NCBI GenBank assembly: GCA_018302125.1
Contig: JAGWAC010000001.1
Location: 33,684-97,683, forward strand
Length of the DNA stretch: 64,000 nucleotides
DNA from: Candidatus Woesearchaeota archaeon
GTDB lineage: Archaea; Nanobdellota; Nanobdellia; SCGC-AAA011-G17; JACPIM01
Direction: 5' to 3'
This document shows, piece by piece, positions 37,367 through 47,012 of the stretch; the stretch's first letter is position 1, and every line of letters begins with the position of its first letter. Both the position numbers and the translations under genes were made by a program. The notes beneath the pieces are model-generated. The model did not search any database. It had not been told where the DNA came from and saw nothing but the letters and a program-made list of their open reading frames with translations.

Positions 37367-38731
37367 ATGAATCTAAAAACAGAAAAAATAGAAAAAATAG
37401 AAAAAATCCCATATAATGGATATTTATATAATTTGGCAACTACTACGGGTAATTTATTTGCAAATGGAATTCTAGTTAAAAATTCAGGAGGCCTAGGAAC
37501 TCCTGCATATGAAAGACTAGTTCCTGGAATGATACATAAAGCAAACAAAGGAGTTTTATTCGTTGATGAAATCGCAAATTTAAAGCAAGAGTCTCAACAA
37601 GAATTATTAACAGCAATTCAGGAAAAAAAATATCCTATAACAGGGCAGTCAGAAAGATCTAGTGGAGCAATGGTAAGATCAGACCCTGTTCCAACAGACT
37701 TTACCTTAGTAGCAGCAGGTAATGTAGAAACTATAAAACATATTCATCCAGCATTAAGATCTAGAATACGTGGTTACGGTTATGAAGTTTATATGAATAA
37801 TGAAATGGAAGATACAAGCGAAAATAGGCAGAAAATTATTCAGTTCATCGCACAAGAAGTTAGAAAAGATGGCAAAATTCCACATTTTAGAGAAGATGCA
37901 ATTAATGAGATAATAGAAGAAGCAAGAAAAAGAACAGGCAAGCATGGTCAATTAACATTAAGGCTGCGTGATTTAGGGGGTTTAATCAGAGCAGCAGGAG
38001 ATCTAGCATTAGAAGAAAAAACAGACTTAGTAACTCTAAAACAAGTTATCAAAGCAAAAGAATTAGCAAAAACACTAGAGCACCAACTAGCAGATAAATA
38101 TATAGAAAATAAAAGAAAGTATGAAATTATAATTACAAAAGGTACTCAAATAGGAAGAGTTAATGGTTTAGCAGTAATGGGTTCTGATTCTTCTTATTCA
38201 GGTATTGTTTTACCAATAGAATCAGAAATAACCCCTGGCGGAAAAAAAGCAGAAATTATAGCAACAGGTAAATTAGGAAAAATAGCTAAAGAAGCAGTAA
38301 AAAATGTCTCAGCAATTATTCTAAAATATTTTGGTGAGGATATAAAAGAAAAATATGATATTTTTGTACAATTTATACAAACATACGAAGGCTTAGAAGG
38401 AGATTCAGCATCTATAGCAGTTGCAACTGCAATAATATCCGCATTAAAAAAAGTACCAGTAAGGCAAGACACAGCAATGACAGGCTCATTATCAGTCAGA
38501 GGAGAAGTTCTCGCAGTAGGCGGCGTCTCATCAAAAATAGAAGCAGCAATTAGTGCAGGAATAAAAAGAGTAATTATTCCAAAAACAAATGAAAAAGATG
38601 TGATATTATCAAAAGACAAAATAAACCAAATACAAATAATCCCAGTCTCAAAAATAGAAGAAGTTCTAGAGCAAGCCCTAGACTGGAAAAATAAAGAAGA
38701 AATATTAATGAAAATAAAAAGATTTAAATAA
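37367..38731 (+). CDS. intein C-fragment (IntC, 37367-37483) fused to LonB C-terminal fragment (rest of AAA+ domain plus Lon protease domain)
   Basis: [39 protein letters not shown] (intein blocks F and G) is followed by S and [29 protein letters not shown] (LonB Walker B region). C-terminal protease domain with Ser-Lys dyad context ([24 protein letters not shown]). Confidence 0.8.
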   Translation: MNLKTEKIEKIEKIPYNGYLYNLATTTGNLFANGILVKNSGGLGTPAYERLVPGMIHKANKGVLFVDEIANLKQESQQELLTAIQEKKYPITGQSERSSGAMVRSDPVPTDFTLVAAGNVETIKHIHPALRSRIRGYGYEVYMNNEMEDTSENRQKIIQFIAQEVRKDGKIPHFREDAINEIIEEARKRTGKHGQLTLRLRDLGGLIRAAGDLALEEKTDLVTLKQVIKAKELAKTLEHQLADKYIENKRKYEIIITKGTQIGRVNGLAVMGSDSSYSGIVLPIESEITPGGKKAEIIATGKLGKIAKEAVKNVSAIILKYFGEDIKEKYDIFVQFIQTYEGLEGDSASIAVATAIISALKKVPVRQDTAMTGSLSVRGEVLAVGGVSSKIEAAISAGIKRVIIPKTNEKDVILSKDKINQIQIIPVSKIEEVLEQALDWKNKEEILMKIKRFK

Positions 38732-38752
38732 CCCCCATTAATACAAAAAAAC

Positions 38753-39190
38753 ATGCCAATTGTAGGTTTTAATTTTAATAAAGTGTATGTAGAAAAAAAA
38801 GAAAGCCTAGAAGCATCTAAAAATATCCAGATAAAAAATGATGTTCTAATAACAAATGTGCGAGAAGAAAAACTTCCAACAGGAAAAACCAAAGCAGACG
38901 GCCTAAAATTTGACTTTAAATTCCACTTAAAATACGAGCCAGAAGTAGGCGAGATAGAGCTAGTTGGTTTTATTTACTATTTAGATGATCAAGAAGTAAT
39001 TAAAGATATTTTTAAATCTTGGAAAAAAGACAAGAAACTATCACAAGAACTCACAGCAAATTTAGTAAACACAGTTCTAATAAAAGGAACAATAAAAGCA
39101 TTAACCTTATCACAAGAAGTTAATCTTCCACCTCACCTGCCTTTGCCAACAGTAAATCCAAAATCAAGTCCTGAAAGTTATATTGGCTAG
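38753..39190 (+). CDS. hypothetical protein (145 aa)
   Basis: ORF only. Confidence 0.35.
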   Translation: MPIVGFNFNKVYVEKKESLEASKNIQIKNDVLITNVREEKLPTGKTKADGLKFDFKFHLKYEPEVGEIELVGFIYYLDDQEVIKDIFKSWKKDKKLSQELTANLVNTVLIKGTIKALTLSQEVNLPPHLPLPTVNPKSSPESYIG

Positions 39191-39312
39191 TTTTTTTATT
39201 TCCAATTAACTCTTTTCTGATGGTTAATTAAAAACTTTTTAGAAAAAAGTTTTATCCAAAATTCTATTAAAAACACGTAAAGTATAAATATTCGCATAGT
39301 GCCCAATATATT

Positions 39313-39810
39313 ATGTCTTTCATAAGATTAAAAAAGAGAGTTACAAAATCAAAAGAAAATTTTTATGCTTATATAGTTTCTAATAAATGGCATAACAACC
39401 TTCCAAAACAAAAAATCTCTTTATACTTGGGAAGATATCATAAATTAGATTCTAAAATCATAAAGATAAAGTTGTCTAAACAAGAAAATATTTTAGTTTA
39501 TTTATTAAAAAAAGAGCTTTTGCTACACAATTTTAAGCAAAAAAACCACAGTTTTATTCACCCAAAAGGATTTGTAATTGATTTAAAGAAAAATAAAGTT
39601 CTAAATAAACAAACACAAAACCCAGTTTGTTTAGGCTTAAATCAAGGCTTTCTCTGTTCTTATACATTAAAAAACTTATTAAAATTTAAGCCTAAATTAA
39701 ATAACAAAAAACAAGCAGCTAAGTCCTTAATAAGAATTTTATTGGAAGCAGGAATAAAGCCAGATAAAGACCTATTCTTAGAAACATTCACTAAATTAAA
39801 AATACTCTAA
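39313..39810 (+). CDS. hypothetical basic (Lys-rich) protein (165 aa)
   Basis: ORF only. Confidence 0.35.
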   Translation: MSFIRLKKRVTKSKENFYAYIVSNKWHNNLPKQKISLYLGRYHKLDSKIIKIKLSKQENILVYLLKKELLLHNFKQKNHSFIHPKGFVIDLKKNKVLNKQTQNPVCLGLNQGFLCSYTLKNLLKFKPKLNNKKQAAKSLIRILLEAGIKPDKDLFLETFTKLKIL

Positions 39811-39902
39811 ACAGGCATGCACATCTTATGCACATTCTAAACACATAAACATACCCAATTAATCTACATAATCAATATAAATTTTCTAGCAATCTATCTT
39901 TT

Positions 39903-40562
39903 ATGGAGCCAGATGAAAAAGAGAAAATAAAACAATCTTTCTTAAAAGTCAAAGAAGACATAGAAATCTTAAAAACCCAATTAAATGAGGTTAAAAGCCT
40001 TATTAAGACTCTTGAAAAAAACCTAATTTCTGAAAAACAACTTGATCAAAAACCCCTCACAACCAAAGAAGTTCCACAGGAAATCAGTTCCACAGGAAAT
40101 CAAGGGGTCTATACAAACATTCATTCATTCATTCATGCACATATGCATTCATTCAACAAACATTCAACAGATATTCAACAAACAAACACTCAAATAAATA
40201 CCCACTTAAACAAAAATAAGACTATAGACTGGTCAAAATCTAACCTAACTGATATTGACTCTTATTTTCTAATCCTCACAAAAGGTGAATTTTTATGTTT
40301 TTTAACCATTTATCAGCTTGAAGAAGATTTAAAGAGAGGCGTTTCTTATCTCGAACTCTCACGGCATCTATCTTTATCAGAAGGATGTATTCGTACCTAT
40401 GTCTCTCAAATGCTAAAAAAAGGCTCTCCCTTACAAAAAATACGCCTAAATAATAAACTCACACTTCTTTCCTTAGACAAAAATTTTAGGTTTCTAAACC
40501 TTAAATCTCGTTTAGTTAATATTTTTTCAAGATCTGATCCTAATCAAACCACACTTTCATAA
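39903..40562 (+). CDS. coiled-coil protein with C-terminal winged-HTH-like domain
   Basis: N-terminal heptad-rich region. C-terminus EFLCFLTIYQLEEDLKRGVSYLELSRHLSLSEGCIRTYVSQMLKKG resembles MarR/TrmB-type wHTH. Paralog of 40772-41392. Confidence 0.4.
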   Translation: MEPDEKEKIKQSFLKVKEDIEILKTQLNEVKSLIKTLEKNLISEKQLDQKPLTTKEVPQEISSTGNQGVYTNIHSFIHAHMHSFNKHSTDIQQTNTQINTHLNKNKTIDWSKSNLTDIDSYFLILTKGEFLCFLTIYQLEEDLKRGVSYLELSRHLSLSEGCIRTYVSQMLKKGSPLQKIRLNNKLTLLSLDKNFRFLNLKSRLVNIFSRSDPNQTTLS

Positions 40563-40665
40563 TTTTTTATTTTCAAACTCTTTCTTTTTATATCTCTTTT
40601 TTCAATTTTTTTCATTAATTCTTCTTACAAAATATTAAGATAATTACTAAGAGATAATAAAATGA

Positions 40666-40724
40666 GACGTCACTGACGTCAGTGACGCGTCACTGACGCC
40701 ATAGGAACTTCCAGTGACGCGTCA
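40666..40724. repeat. GC-rich palindromic repeat cluster (GTCACTGAC / GTCAGTGAC units; TGACGCGTCA)
   Basis: ACGTCACTGACGTCAGTGACGCGTCACTGACGCC contains the 22-nt perfect palindrome CGTCAGTGACGCGTCACTGACG. A second element CAGTGACGCGTCA lies at 40712-40724. The flanks are AT-rich. Confidence 0.6.
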
Positions 40725-40771
40725 TAAGCAACAGAAATTTATTTAAACAAAGTAATTTTATTAAAATAAAG

Positions 40772-41392
40772 ATGTGGTGGTTATTTTCAAATAAAAAGAG
40801 GGATACAAGTAGTTCTCATGATATTCATTTATTTAGTAGAATAAAAACTATGGAGGAGAATCTAAAAAATTCTTTCTTCAATATTAAAAAAGATATTCAT
40901 AAAGTAAATAATATAGTTTTTTCCCATGATGATAAGATAAATCATCTAAAAGAAAGAGTCCATTACTTAGAAAACATAATTAAAAATTTAAGGGTATTAG
41001 ACTCTGTCGAAGAATCACCCAAAGAAAAATCCAAAAAAGAAAATATTGAACAGACTATCAATACTGATATTTCTATAAACAATCCAACTATTAAATGGGG
41101 GGATTTAACAAATATTCAACAAAATCTCTTTATGAGATTGGGGTTATTACAGATAGAGGCTAATCAAAGAAGAATAGCTATGAAGCATTTAGCTGAGGAA
41201 TTATATCCTGAAAAAACCTATAATGACGTAAGATCTATGATTTCAGATTATGTTAATTTATTAAATGAGCATGGTTTAGTCAAAAAAACTAGAAAAGGTC
41301 GCCAAATATTTGTTTCTACAACAGAAAAAGGCCTTATTTTCTATGATAAAGCCAAAAAAAAGAAGCTTTTGGATATATTAAGAAAGCATTAA
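40772..41392 (+). CDS. coiled-coil protein with C-terminal winged-HTH-like domain (paralog)
   Basis: Same architecture as 39903-40562 (IAMKHLAEELY...DYVNLLNEHGLVKKTRKGRQIFVSTTEKG). Starts about 50 nt after the palindromic cluster. Confidence 0.4.
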   Translation: MWWLFSNKKRDTSSSHDIHLFSRIKTMEENLKNSFFNIKKDIHKVNNIVFSHDDKINHLKERVHYLENIIKNLRVLDSVEESPKEKSKKENIEQTINTDISINNPTIKWGDLTNIQQNLFMRLGLLQIEANQRRIAMKHLAEELYPEKTYNDVRSMISDYVNLLNEHGLVKKTRKGRQIFVSTTEKGLIFYDKAKKKKLLDILRKH

Positions 41393-41424
41393 ATTTAATA
41401 ATTCTTGAATTCATTTAGATAAAA

Positions 41425-41829
41425 ATGAAATCTATAAAACAAGAAGATAATTTAGGATGTAGCATAGCTTGTGTTGCTTTTATTTGTAAAACTAATTACA
41501 ATACAGCCAAGAAAAAATATTTCAAAAATTTAGGCAATGCTAAAAAAACTGGTTTTTATTGTACAGATATAGTCAAAGCTTTAAGTCGCGCTAATAAGAA
41601 ATATAACTATAGATATATAAAAAGAAAAAAGAAATTTATCAAAAACACAATTGTTTTTATCAAAAGATCTAAAAAATATCCAGTAGGCCATTTTTTAGTG
41701 TTTTCTGGAAAAGTTTGGATGGATCCTTGGATTAATCTTAATATTTTGAAACTTGATATTAAAAAAAGTAAATCTGGCTTTCGAAAAAGACTTCCCGGAA
41801 GGGCTATTTATGAAATTTTTCCAAGTTAA
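41425..41829 (+). CDS. papain-like (C39-like) cysteine peptidase domain protein
   Basis: QEDNLGCSIACVAFI resembles the C39 Q-x5-CG-A-C active-site region, and GHFLVFSG resembles the catalytic His region; 134 aa. Confidence 0.35.
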   Translation: MKSIKQEDNLGCSIACVAFICKTNYNTAKKKYFKNLGNAKKTGFYCTDIVKALSRANKKYNYRYIKRKKKFIKNTIVFIKRSKKYPVGHFLVFSGKVWMDPWINLNILKLDIKKSKSGFRKRLPGRAIYEIFPS

Positions 41830-41976
41830 AATTATAATCAAAGATTAAATTATTTAATCATGATTTTTCTTCCCAAATATCGCCACCTCTCTGAAAAGTT
41901 ACCCAATTTATTTTAGCTTCAATTTTATTTACACATTCAACAACATTCTTTTTAATGTCGGTTTCAAAAAATCTCA

Positions 41977-42854
41977 CTACACCCATCCATTTTTCTTTAA
42001 AAATTCATCTTTTCTTTGATCTCTAACAATTTTTTCTTGTTGTATCTTACTAAGTTTTCCTAAATCATTGCGATCGTATATTTTTGGGTTTGCATGCCAA
42101 AAATCTCCATCACACTCCACAATAATTTTTGAATTTGGTAATGCAAAATCACAAACAAAATTATTTATTCTATATTGAAATTTAAAGAAAAAATCGCGTT
42201 TATACATTTCATAAAACATTATTTCTTCTATTTTCGTATGGAAAAAAGGAAACTTCCTATTTTTTATTCTTTCTATAATCGATTCTCGTGCCCAGATAGA
42301 CATTGATTTTCTTCTTGTTTTTGCCTTCTCTTCACCATAGATTTCTTCCCAAGTTTTACCATATAATGGATGAGTCTCACCCTTTAATGAGCTAATAACC
42401 AAGTTCTAGGTTTAATTTGAATGTTATTGCCTTTCAATAATCTAGATACTGTTCGATTACCAAAACCAAAAAACTTTCCTATCTTTCCAATACTCATTTT
42501 TTGATCTAAATATAATTTATTTAAAATGTCCTTAATTGATTGTCCTTGTTGTTTTTCTATTTCTTGAATTTTATTTTGTCTTCTTTTTCGATGTATCTGC
42601 CTGTAAATTTCAGCGTAATTTTTAATGTCATACCTCGCTTTTATTAGATTCTTATTCCGATCCACGTCTCTTTTCATTCTTTCCTTCATAGATTCAGATT
42701 TTGTTCTTAATGGAATTCCTAATCTCTTTAGATGAAGTTCGATCGTGGTTTTAGGGATTTGTAACTCAGAAGCTATTTTTCTAGTAGACTTTTTTTGATT
42801 AATATATAATTCATATAGCTCCTCTTTTGAAAAAAAGTATTTCTGAACGCCCAT
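41977..42854 (-). pseudogene. HTH-HTH + DUF559 (Vsr-like) endonuclease-domain gene, apparently frameshifted into two ORFs (42384-42854 and 41977-42402)
   Basis: The upstream ORF has two HTH motifs (TRKIASELQIPKTTIELHLKRLG, IGKIGKFFGFGNRTVSRLLKG). The downstream ORF has CDFALPNSKIIVECDGDFWH, typical of DUF559/Vsr-like nucleases, and begins at TTG two codons after a stop. They are 1 nt out of frame. Confidence 0.4.
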
Positions 42855-42971
42855 TTTCTTTAATAAGTTAATTTTACTTATATTTCTTTCTAATGAGCTT
42901 AAAATAACTATATAAGCCGTATAAACACATTTAGTAAGGGTTATATAGTAACTTCATATAATGCATATTAT

Positions 42972-43847
42972 ATGAAGTTATTAAAAGAGGTAGAAGGTAT
43001 TCTTCAAAAACTTGAAATCGAGCTTAAAATAAGAGGATTTTCTAAGGCAACGATTTCAGCTTACAAAAGACATAATTTCGAATTTTTAACTTTTACAAAT
43101 AAACAACCAAATAAAACGACAATAGATGATGTAAAAGCCTATCAAGTTTATCTTTATGATAAAGGAATAAAACCAACTAGCACGAGTTTAAAGTTATCAT
43201 CTATAAAATTTCTTTTTAATAAAATCTTAAAAATTAAATTAATAACTGATGAAGTTGGTTATCCAAAGTTGCCAAAGAAGATTCCTGATGCTTTAACAAG
43301 AAATGAAGTACAAAGATTATTTTCAGCAGTTTCTAATAAGAAACACCTTCTTTTATTAAAATTTATGTATGGTTCTGGTCTAAGGGTTTCAGAATGTGTT
43401 AATTTTAAAATTAGGGATCTTATTTTTGATAATCTTACTGCAAAAGTTAGGGGGGGTAAAGGAAATAAAGAAAGAATGATTATTTTATCTGAAGAGTTTA
43501 TTTCTTTACTTAAAGAATATCTAAACTACAGAAAAGAGAAGCAATCAGAATATTTATTTCCGTCTAAAAGAAATCCAAACAAACCAATAACAGTAAGAGC
43601 TGCTCAAAATGTTATCGAAAAGGCAGCAAAAAATGCTGGGTTTAATAAAAGAGTTTACTGCCATATTCTAAGAAGCAGTTTTGCAACTCATTTATTAGAA
43701 GATAACACTGATATAAGATATATCCAAGAATTACTTGGTCATATTAATTTAGATACAACAGAACGATATACTAAAGTTAATCCAGAAATTTTAAGAAAAG
43801 TAAAAAGCCCTTTAGATAAGTTAAACAACAAATCTAATAAGTTTTAA
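42972..43847 (+). CDS. xerA: tyrosine recombinase, XerA/XerCD-like
   Basis: Catalytic residues in context (RVSE, HILRSSFATHLLE, LLGH, terminal Tyr in ERYTKV) plus an N-terminal SAM-like domain; 291 aa. Confidence 0.8.
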   Translation: MKLLKEVEGILQKLEIELKIRGFSKATISAYKRHNFEFLTFTNKQPNKTTIDDVKAYQVYLYDKGIKPTSTSLKLSSIKFLFNKILKIKLITDEVGYPKLPKKIPDALTRNEVQRLFSAVSNKKHLLLLKFMYGSGLRVSECVNFKIRDLIFDNLTAKVRGGKGNKERMIILSEEFISLLKEYLNYRKEKQSEYLFPSKRNPNKPITVRAAQNVIEKAAKNAGFNKRVYCHILRSSFATHLLEDNTDIRYIQELLGHINLDTTERYTKVNPEILRKVKSPLDKLNNKSNKF

Positions 43848-43955
43848 TCTTTACTCAAAACATTTAAGCTTATAATAAGTTAACAACTTCTAAACAAAGA
43901 TTAAAACTTATAATCATAATAAAGATAGAAATATTTAATCAAAAATTAAATAATT

Positions 43956-44654
43956 TTAAGCTACCCTTCTTTCAAGTGATCTTCTTTCCCAATTCTCAGA
44001 GCTCATATGGTAAGGAATTAAGTCTTTTATATTGGCTAAATTGCTTCCTTCATTTAACTCAAGTTTCACACCTTCTTCTCCCCTATTTCTCATTAATTTC
44101 AATCTTTCTCTATCTAGTAAAGCTCTAAGAACATAAGCTATAGCATCCGAAGTATTTACTAAAGAAACTATTTCATCTCCCTTTGGAATGAATTTTATAT
44201 TTACATCATCTAATCTATAACCATCTTTTTCTAAACAAGATTCTAAACTCTCTTGAATTTTATACATATCATGACCATCAAAAACCACATCTATTTTTTC
44301 TCCAATATTATAAAAACCAGCTGACCTAATCAAATTTAAAATTCCTAAAATTAAAGAAGAATTTGTTTCTAATACTCTTTTAGGTAGTATTTTCTTTTGC
44401 TCTTCAAAAAAAAGAGGGTCTTTTTTTCCAAATCTCAAAATATTACCATAACTAAACGCACCAAATAAAAATCCAGCAATACCATCTAAGTTAAGTCTAA
44501 GTGGTTTATCTTCACACCTTCTTTTTTTAAAACTTTTATCTTCAGAAGAATAATCATGTAAAGAATCTAAAGAACAAGAAGCAACATAAATAAAAACGCG
44601 CTCACTTTTTGTAAACCTAAAAATAGTTTCATCTACCCCAATAGAAATTGCCAT
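43956..44654 (-). CDS. hypothetical protein, possibly DUF3800-like
   Basis: IPKGDEIVSLVNTSDAIAYVL weakly resembles the DUF3800 D-x-SK...LQLAD motif. Confidence 0.3.
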   Translation of the reverse strand: MAISIGVDETIFRFTKSERVFIYVASCSLDSLHDYSSEDKSFKKRRCEDKPLRLNLDGIAGFLFGAFSYGNILRFGKKDPLFFEEQKKILPKRVLETNSSLILGILNLIRSAGFYNIGEKIDVVFDGHDMYKIQESLESCLEKDGYRLDDVNIKFIPKGDEIVSLVNTSDAIAYVLRALLDRERLKLMRNRGEEGVKLELNEGSNLANIKDLIPYHMSSENWERRSLERRVA

Positions 44655-44868
44655 AAGTCCCTCTTTTTATTTATGTTTGAAAAATGAGCGAACTCCCCAT
44701 AAGAAAACCCAGAACTACTCCCCATTTTCTCCTGAGTTGTGAAACCCATGAATATGATTAAATTTGATAATCTTTTTTTCTTTAAATATTCTTTGTCATC
44801 ATAGAAAGTAACAAAAGCGAGAGAAACTTTTATAAACAACAGAATAGTTTTTTATTTTAAATAAAGAG

Positions 44869-45120
44869 GTGATATGTATTCCAATAGGTGACTGGTTTCT
44901 AGCAAGAAGTGAAGCTTTTAAAATTCTGATGATGAAATTTAGAGATCATAAAATTTACACAAAAACAGCTTTCTCTAAAGTTAAATCAAAACACAATCAA
45001 TATGATCAGGCATTAAAAGAGCATAAGGAAAGAATTGAAGAAATGGAAAAGATATTATCATCATTAAAAGAAGTTACTCCATTTAAAATAAAAAAGAAAA
45101 AAACAAATAATTATGATTGA
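44869..45120 (+). CDS. hypothetical protein (83 aa)
   Basis: ORF only. Confidence 0.25.
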   Translation: MICIPIGDWFLARSEAFKILMMKFRDHKIYTKTAFSKVKSKHNQYDQALKEHKERIEEMEKILSSLKEVTPFKIKKKKTNNYD

Positions 45121-45130
45121 TTTTTTTAAC

Positions 45131-45499
45131 TCATTCTTCAAAAATAGTTCTGGTAAAATTTTTCTCAAAAGTTTTTTCTATGCTTTCAATACAAATTATT
45201 TTTGTATTCGTCATTAAAAATTCCCTGAAATATCTATCAATTTTAACGCCATTTCTTTGAAAATTATTTTTTAAAAATCCATATAATTGTCTTCCCTCTT
45301 TGTCAAAATCAGTTAATATTACAACCTCATTTGTAATTTCTGCAACATCTTCTATAAATTTATACAAAGGTCCGTTTATTGTTATAACTCTTTTTACACC
45401 CAAAGAAATCAAGGCTTCTTTATCTTTTTTACCCTCAACTATAATTAATTTTTCTGTATTTTGTAATTTCTCTTTCCATTCTTCAAGATTGTTTATCAA
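45131..45499 (-). CDS. small Toprim-domain protein
   Basis: IIVEGKKDKEALISLG...VVILTDFDKEGRQL has the conserved Glu and DxD of Toprim domains; 122 aa. Confidence 0.65.
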   Translation of the reverse strand: MINNLEEWKEKLQNTEKLIIVEGKKDKEALISLGVKRVITINGPLYKFIEDVAEITNEVVILTDFDKEGRQLYGFLKNNFQRNGVKIDRYFREFLMTNTKIICIESIEKTFEKNFTRTIFEE

Positions 45500-45508
45500 A
45501 AAATACCC

Positions 45509-45886
45509 TTATTTTTTAGATCTAGGTAATCTCTCTAATTTTTCTAAAATTAACTTAACTAAACCATTACTTTCTTCATCTAAACCTTCTGCAGTAGATA
45601 ATACTTTTCGATAAGGCAAGATTTCTTTTGATGAATCAATTTCAGTTACTTCAACATTTATCATTCCAACTTTATGTAAACATTTTTTTATAATGATTTT
45701 TTTATTTTGCGGATCATACTCAATAATTTCTGTCTCTTTCCAATTACCAAGTATATCTTGCATAAAAAAACTTAATTTAAATGCAGGAACATCAAGAATA
45801 AAAGAAGAATTAAATCTTCCAAAAATATACCCCCCACTAAGGGTTAATTCATATGCCTTTTCATGCTTAAAATAATTCCACTTCAT
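45509..45886 (-). CDS. hypothetical protein (125 aa)
   Basis: ORF only. Confidence 0.35.
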   Translation of the reverse strand: MKWNYFKHEKAYELTLSGGYIFGRFNSSFILDVPAFKLSFFMQDILGNWKETEIIEYDPQNKKIIIKKCLHKVGMINVEVTEIDSSKEILPYRKVLSTAEGLDEESNGLVKLILEKLERLPRSKK

Positions 45887-46096
45887 TCCGTATAAACAAA
45901 TAGTTAAGTTTAAAAATAATTCTTTTATTAATATAATTCTGGATTTTCTAAATGTATTAAAGCATTCACAACAGCTTGTTTTGTCAATCTTTCCTAACTA
46001 ATCTTCCTTTGGTTAAAATTCCAATTGTCCAAATATAAGAACTGATGTCTTGATTTTGAGTAAGTAGATCTATATTTATTTTCATTTTAAAATGTA

Positions 46097-46197
46097 CGGG
46101 CCCGGAGGGATTTGAACCCTCGGCCCTCTGGTAACTCCAAGAGCTTAAGAGCTTCATCCTTTTGACAGATGCTCTAACCAAGCTGAGCTACGAGCCC
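46097..46197 (-). tRNA. intron-containing tRNA (101 nt), anticodon unresolved; intron apparently non-canonical
   Basis: Clear acceptor (GGGCTCG/CGGGCCC), D-arm (GCTC-AGCTTGGTTA-GAGC) and T-arm (GAGGGTTCAAATCCCTC), with discriminator G. About 28 extra nt sit between positions 31 and 39. No canonical 37/38 intron placement gives a U33 loop. Confidence 0.6.
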
Positions 46198-46277
46198 ATA
46201 AATAAAACCTAAACAAAAATTCTATTTAAAAATTTATGCAAACATATATAAATATCTAATAATTAAAAAGATTAAAA

Positions 46278-46973
46278 ATGAGGTTAGAATTAGAAAAAAA
46301 GCCAAAAGGCGTAAAATTAATAGCTGGTTTTCCTGGTTTTGGTTTGATAGGTACAATAGCAACTGAATTCTTGATTGAACATTTAAATGCAGTTCAAATT
46401 GGAAAGATAAGGATAGATGAGTTGCCGCCAATAGTTGCAGTTCATCAAGGTCAGGTCATTGAACCTCTAGGTGTTTTTTATAGCAAAAAATACAACCTAG
46501 TAATTCTCCATGCTTTAACTTCTGTGGCTGGAATTGAATGGGCATTGCAAAACGAAATCTGTAAATTAATGGATGAATTAAAGGTAAAGGAATTAATTAC
46601 AATTGAAGGAATTGGAAGTACAACTGTGGAAAATATGAACGTTTATTATTTGGCAAATAAAAAATTAGACTTAAAAAAAATTAATATTAATCCCTTAAAA
46701 GAAGGAATTATTCTTGGGGTAAGCGGTGCTTTATTATTGAGAGGCTGTGCAAATTTGGTTGCTTTATTTGTAGAAACACATTCTACTTTGCCAGATTCAA
46801 GGGGGGCTGCAAAAATAATAGAAATTTTAGATAAATATCTTGGGTTGAAAGTAGATTACAAACCTTTAATGGAAAAAGCCGTTAAATTTGAAAATAAAAT
46901 TAAGGAATTAATGGCTAAAAAAGAGAAAGTTGCAGCATCTCAAGAAAAGAAAGAGTTAACTTACTTAGGTTAA
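46278..46973 (+). CDS. PAC2-family proteasome assembly chaperone (PbaA/PbaB-like)
   Basis: N-terminal GFPGFGLIGTIA motif of the PAC2/DUF75 family; 231 aa with a coiled C-terminal tail. Confidence 0.65.
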   Translation: MRLELEKKPKGVKLIAGFPGFGLIGTIATEFLIEHLNAVQIGKIRIDELPPIVAVHQGQVIEPLGVFYSKKYNLVILHALTSVAGIEWALQNEICKLMDELKVKELITIEGIGSTTVENMNVYYLANKKLDLKKININPLKEGIILGVSGALLLRGCANLVALFVETHSTLPDSRGAAKIIEILDKYLGLKVDYKPLMEKAVKFENKIKELMAKKEKVAASQEKKELTYLG

Positions 46974-47012
46974 ATTATAAATAAAAGAAAAATCTCTTTT
47001 TTTGTTTATATT

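Noticed and set aside
37330-37548. 72-aa minus-strand ORF
   Set aside because: Antisense to the start of the Lon C-half and IntC gene; no features of its own.
40666-40724. CRISPR array
   Set aside because: The GC-rich repeats are contiguous and nested palindromes with no spacer-repeat periodicity. No cas genes are nearby, and no CRISPR-like arrays occur elsewhere in the window.
45984-46181. 65-aa minus-strand ORF
   Set aside because: Its coordinates overlap the tRNA gene at 46097-46197. The tRNA call is far better supported.
42972-46197. Clear-cut integrated element (integrase plus tRNA att sites)
   Set aside because: No direct repeat of the tRNA 3' end was found by inspection. The recombinase has the size and motifs of chromosomal XerA. 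This is kept only as a low-confidence hypothesis.
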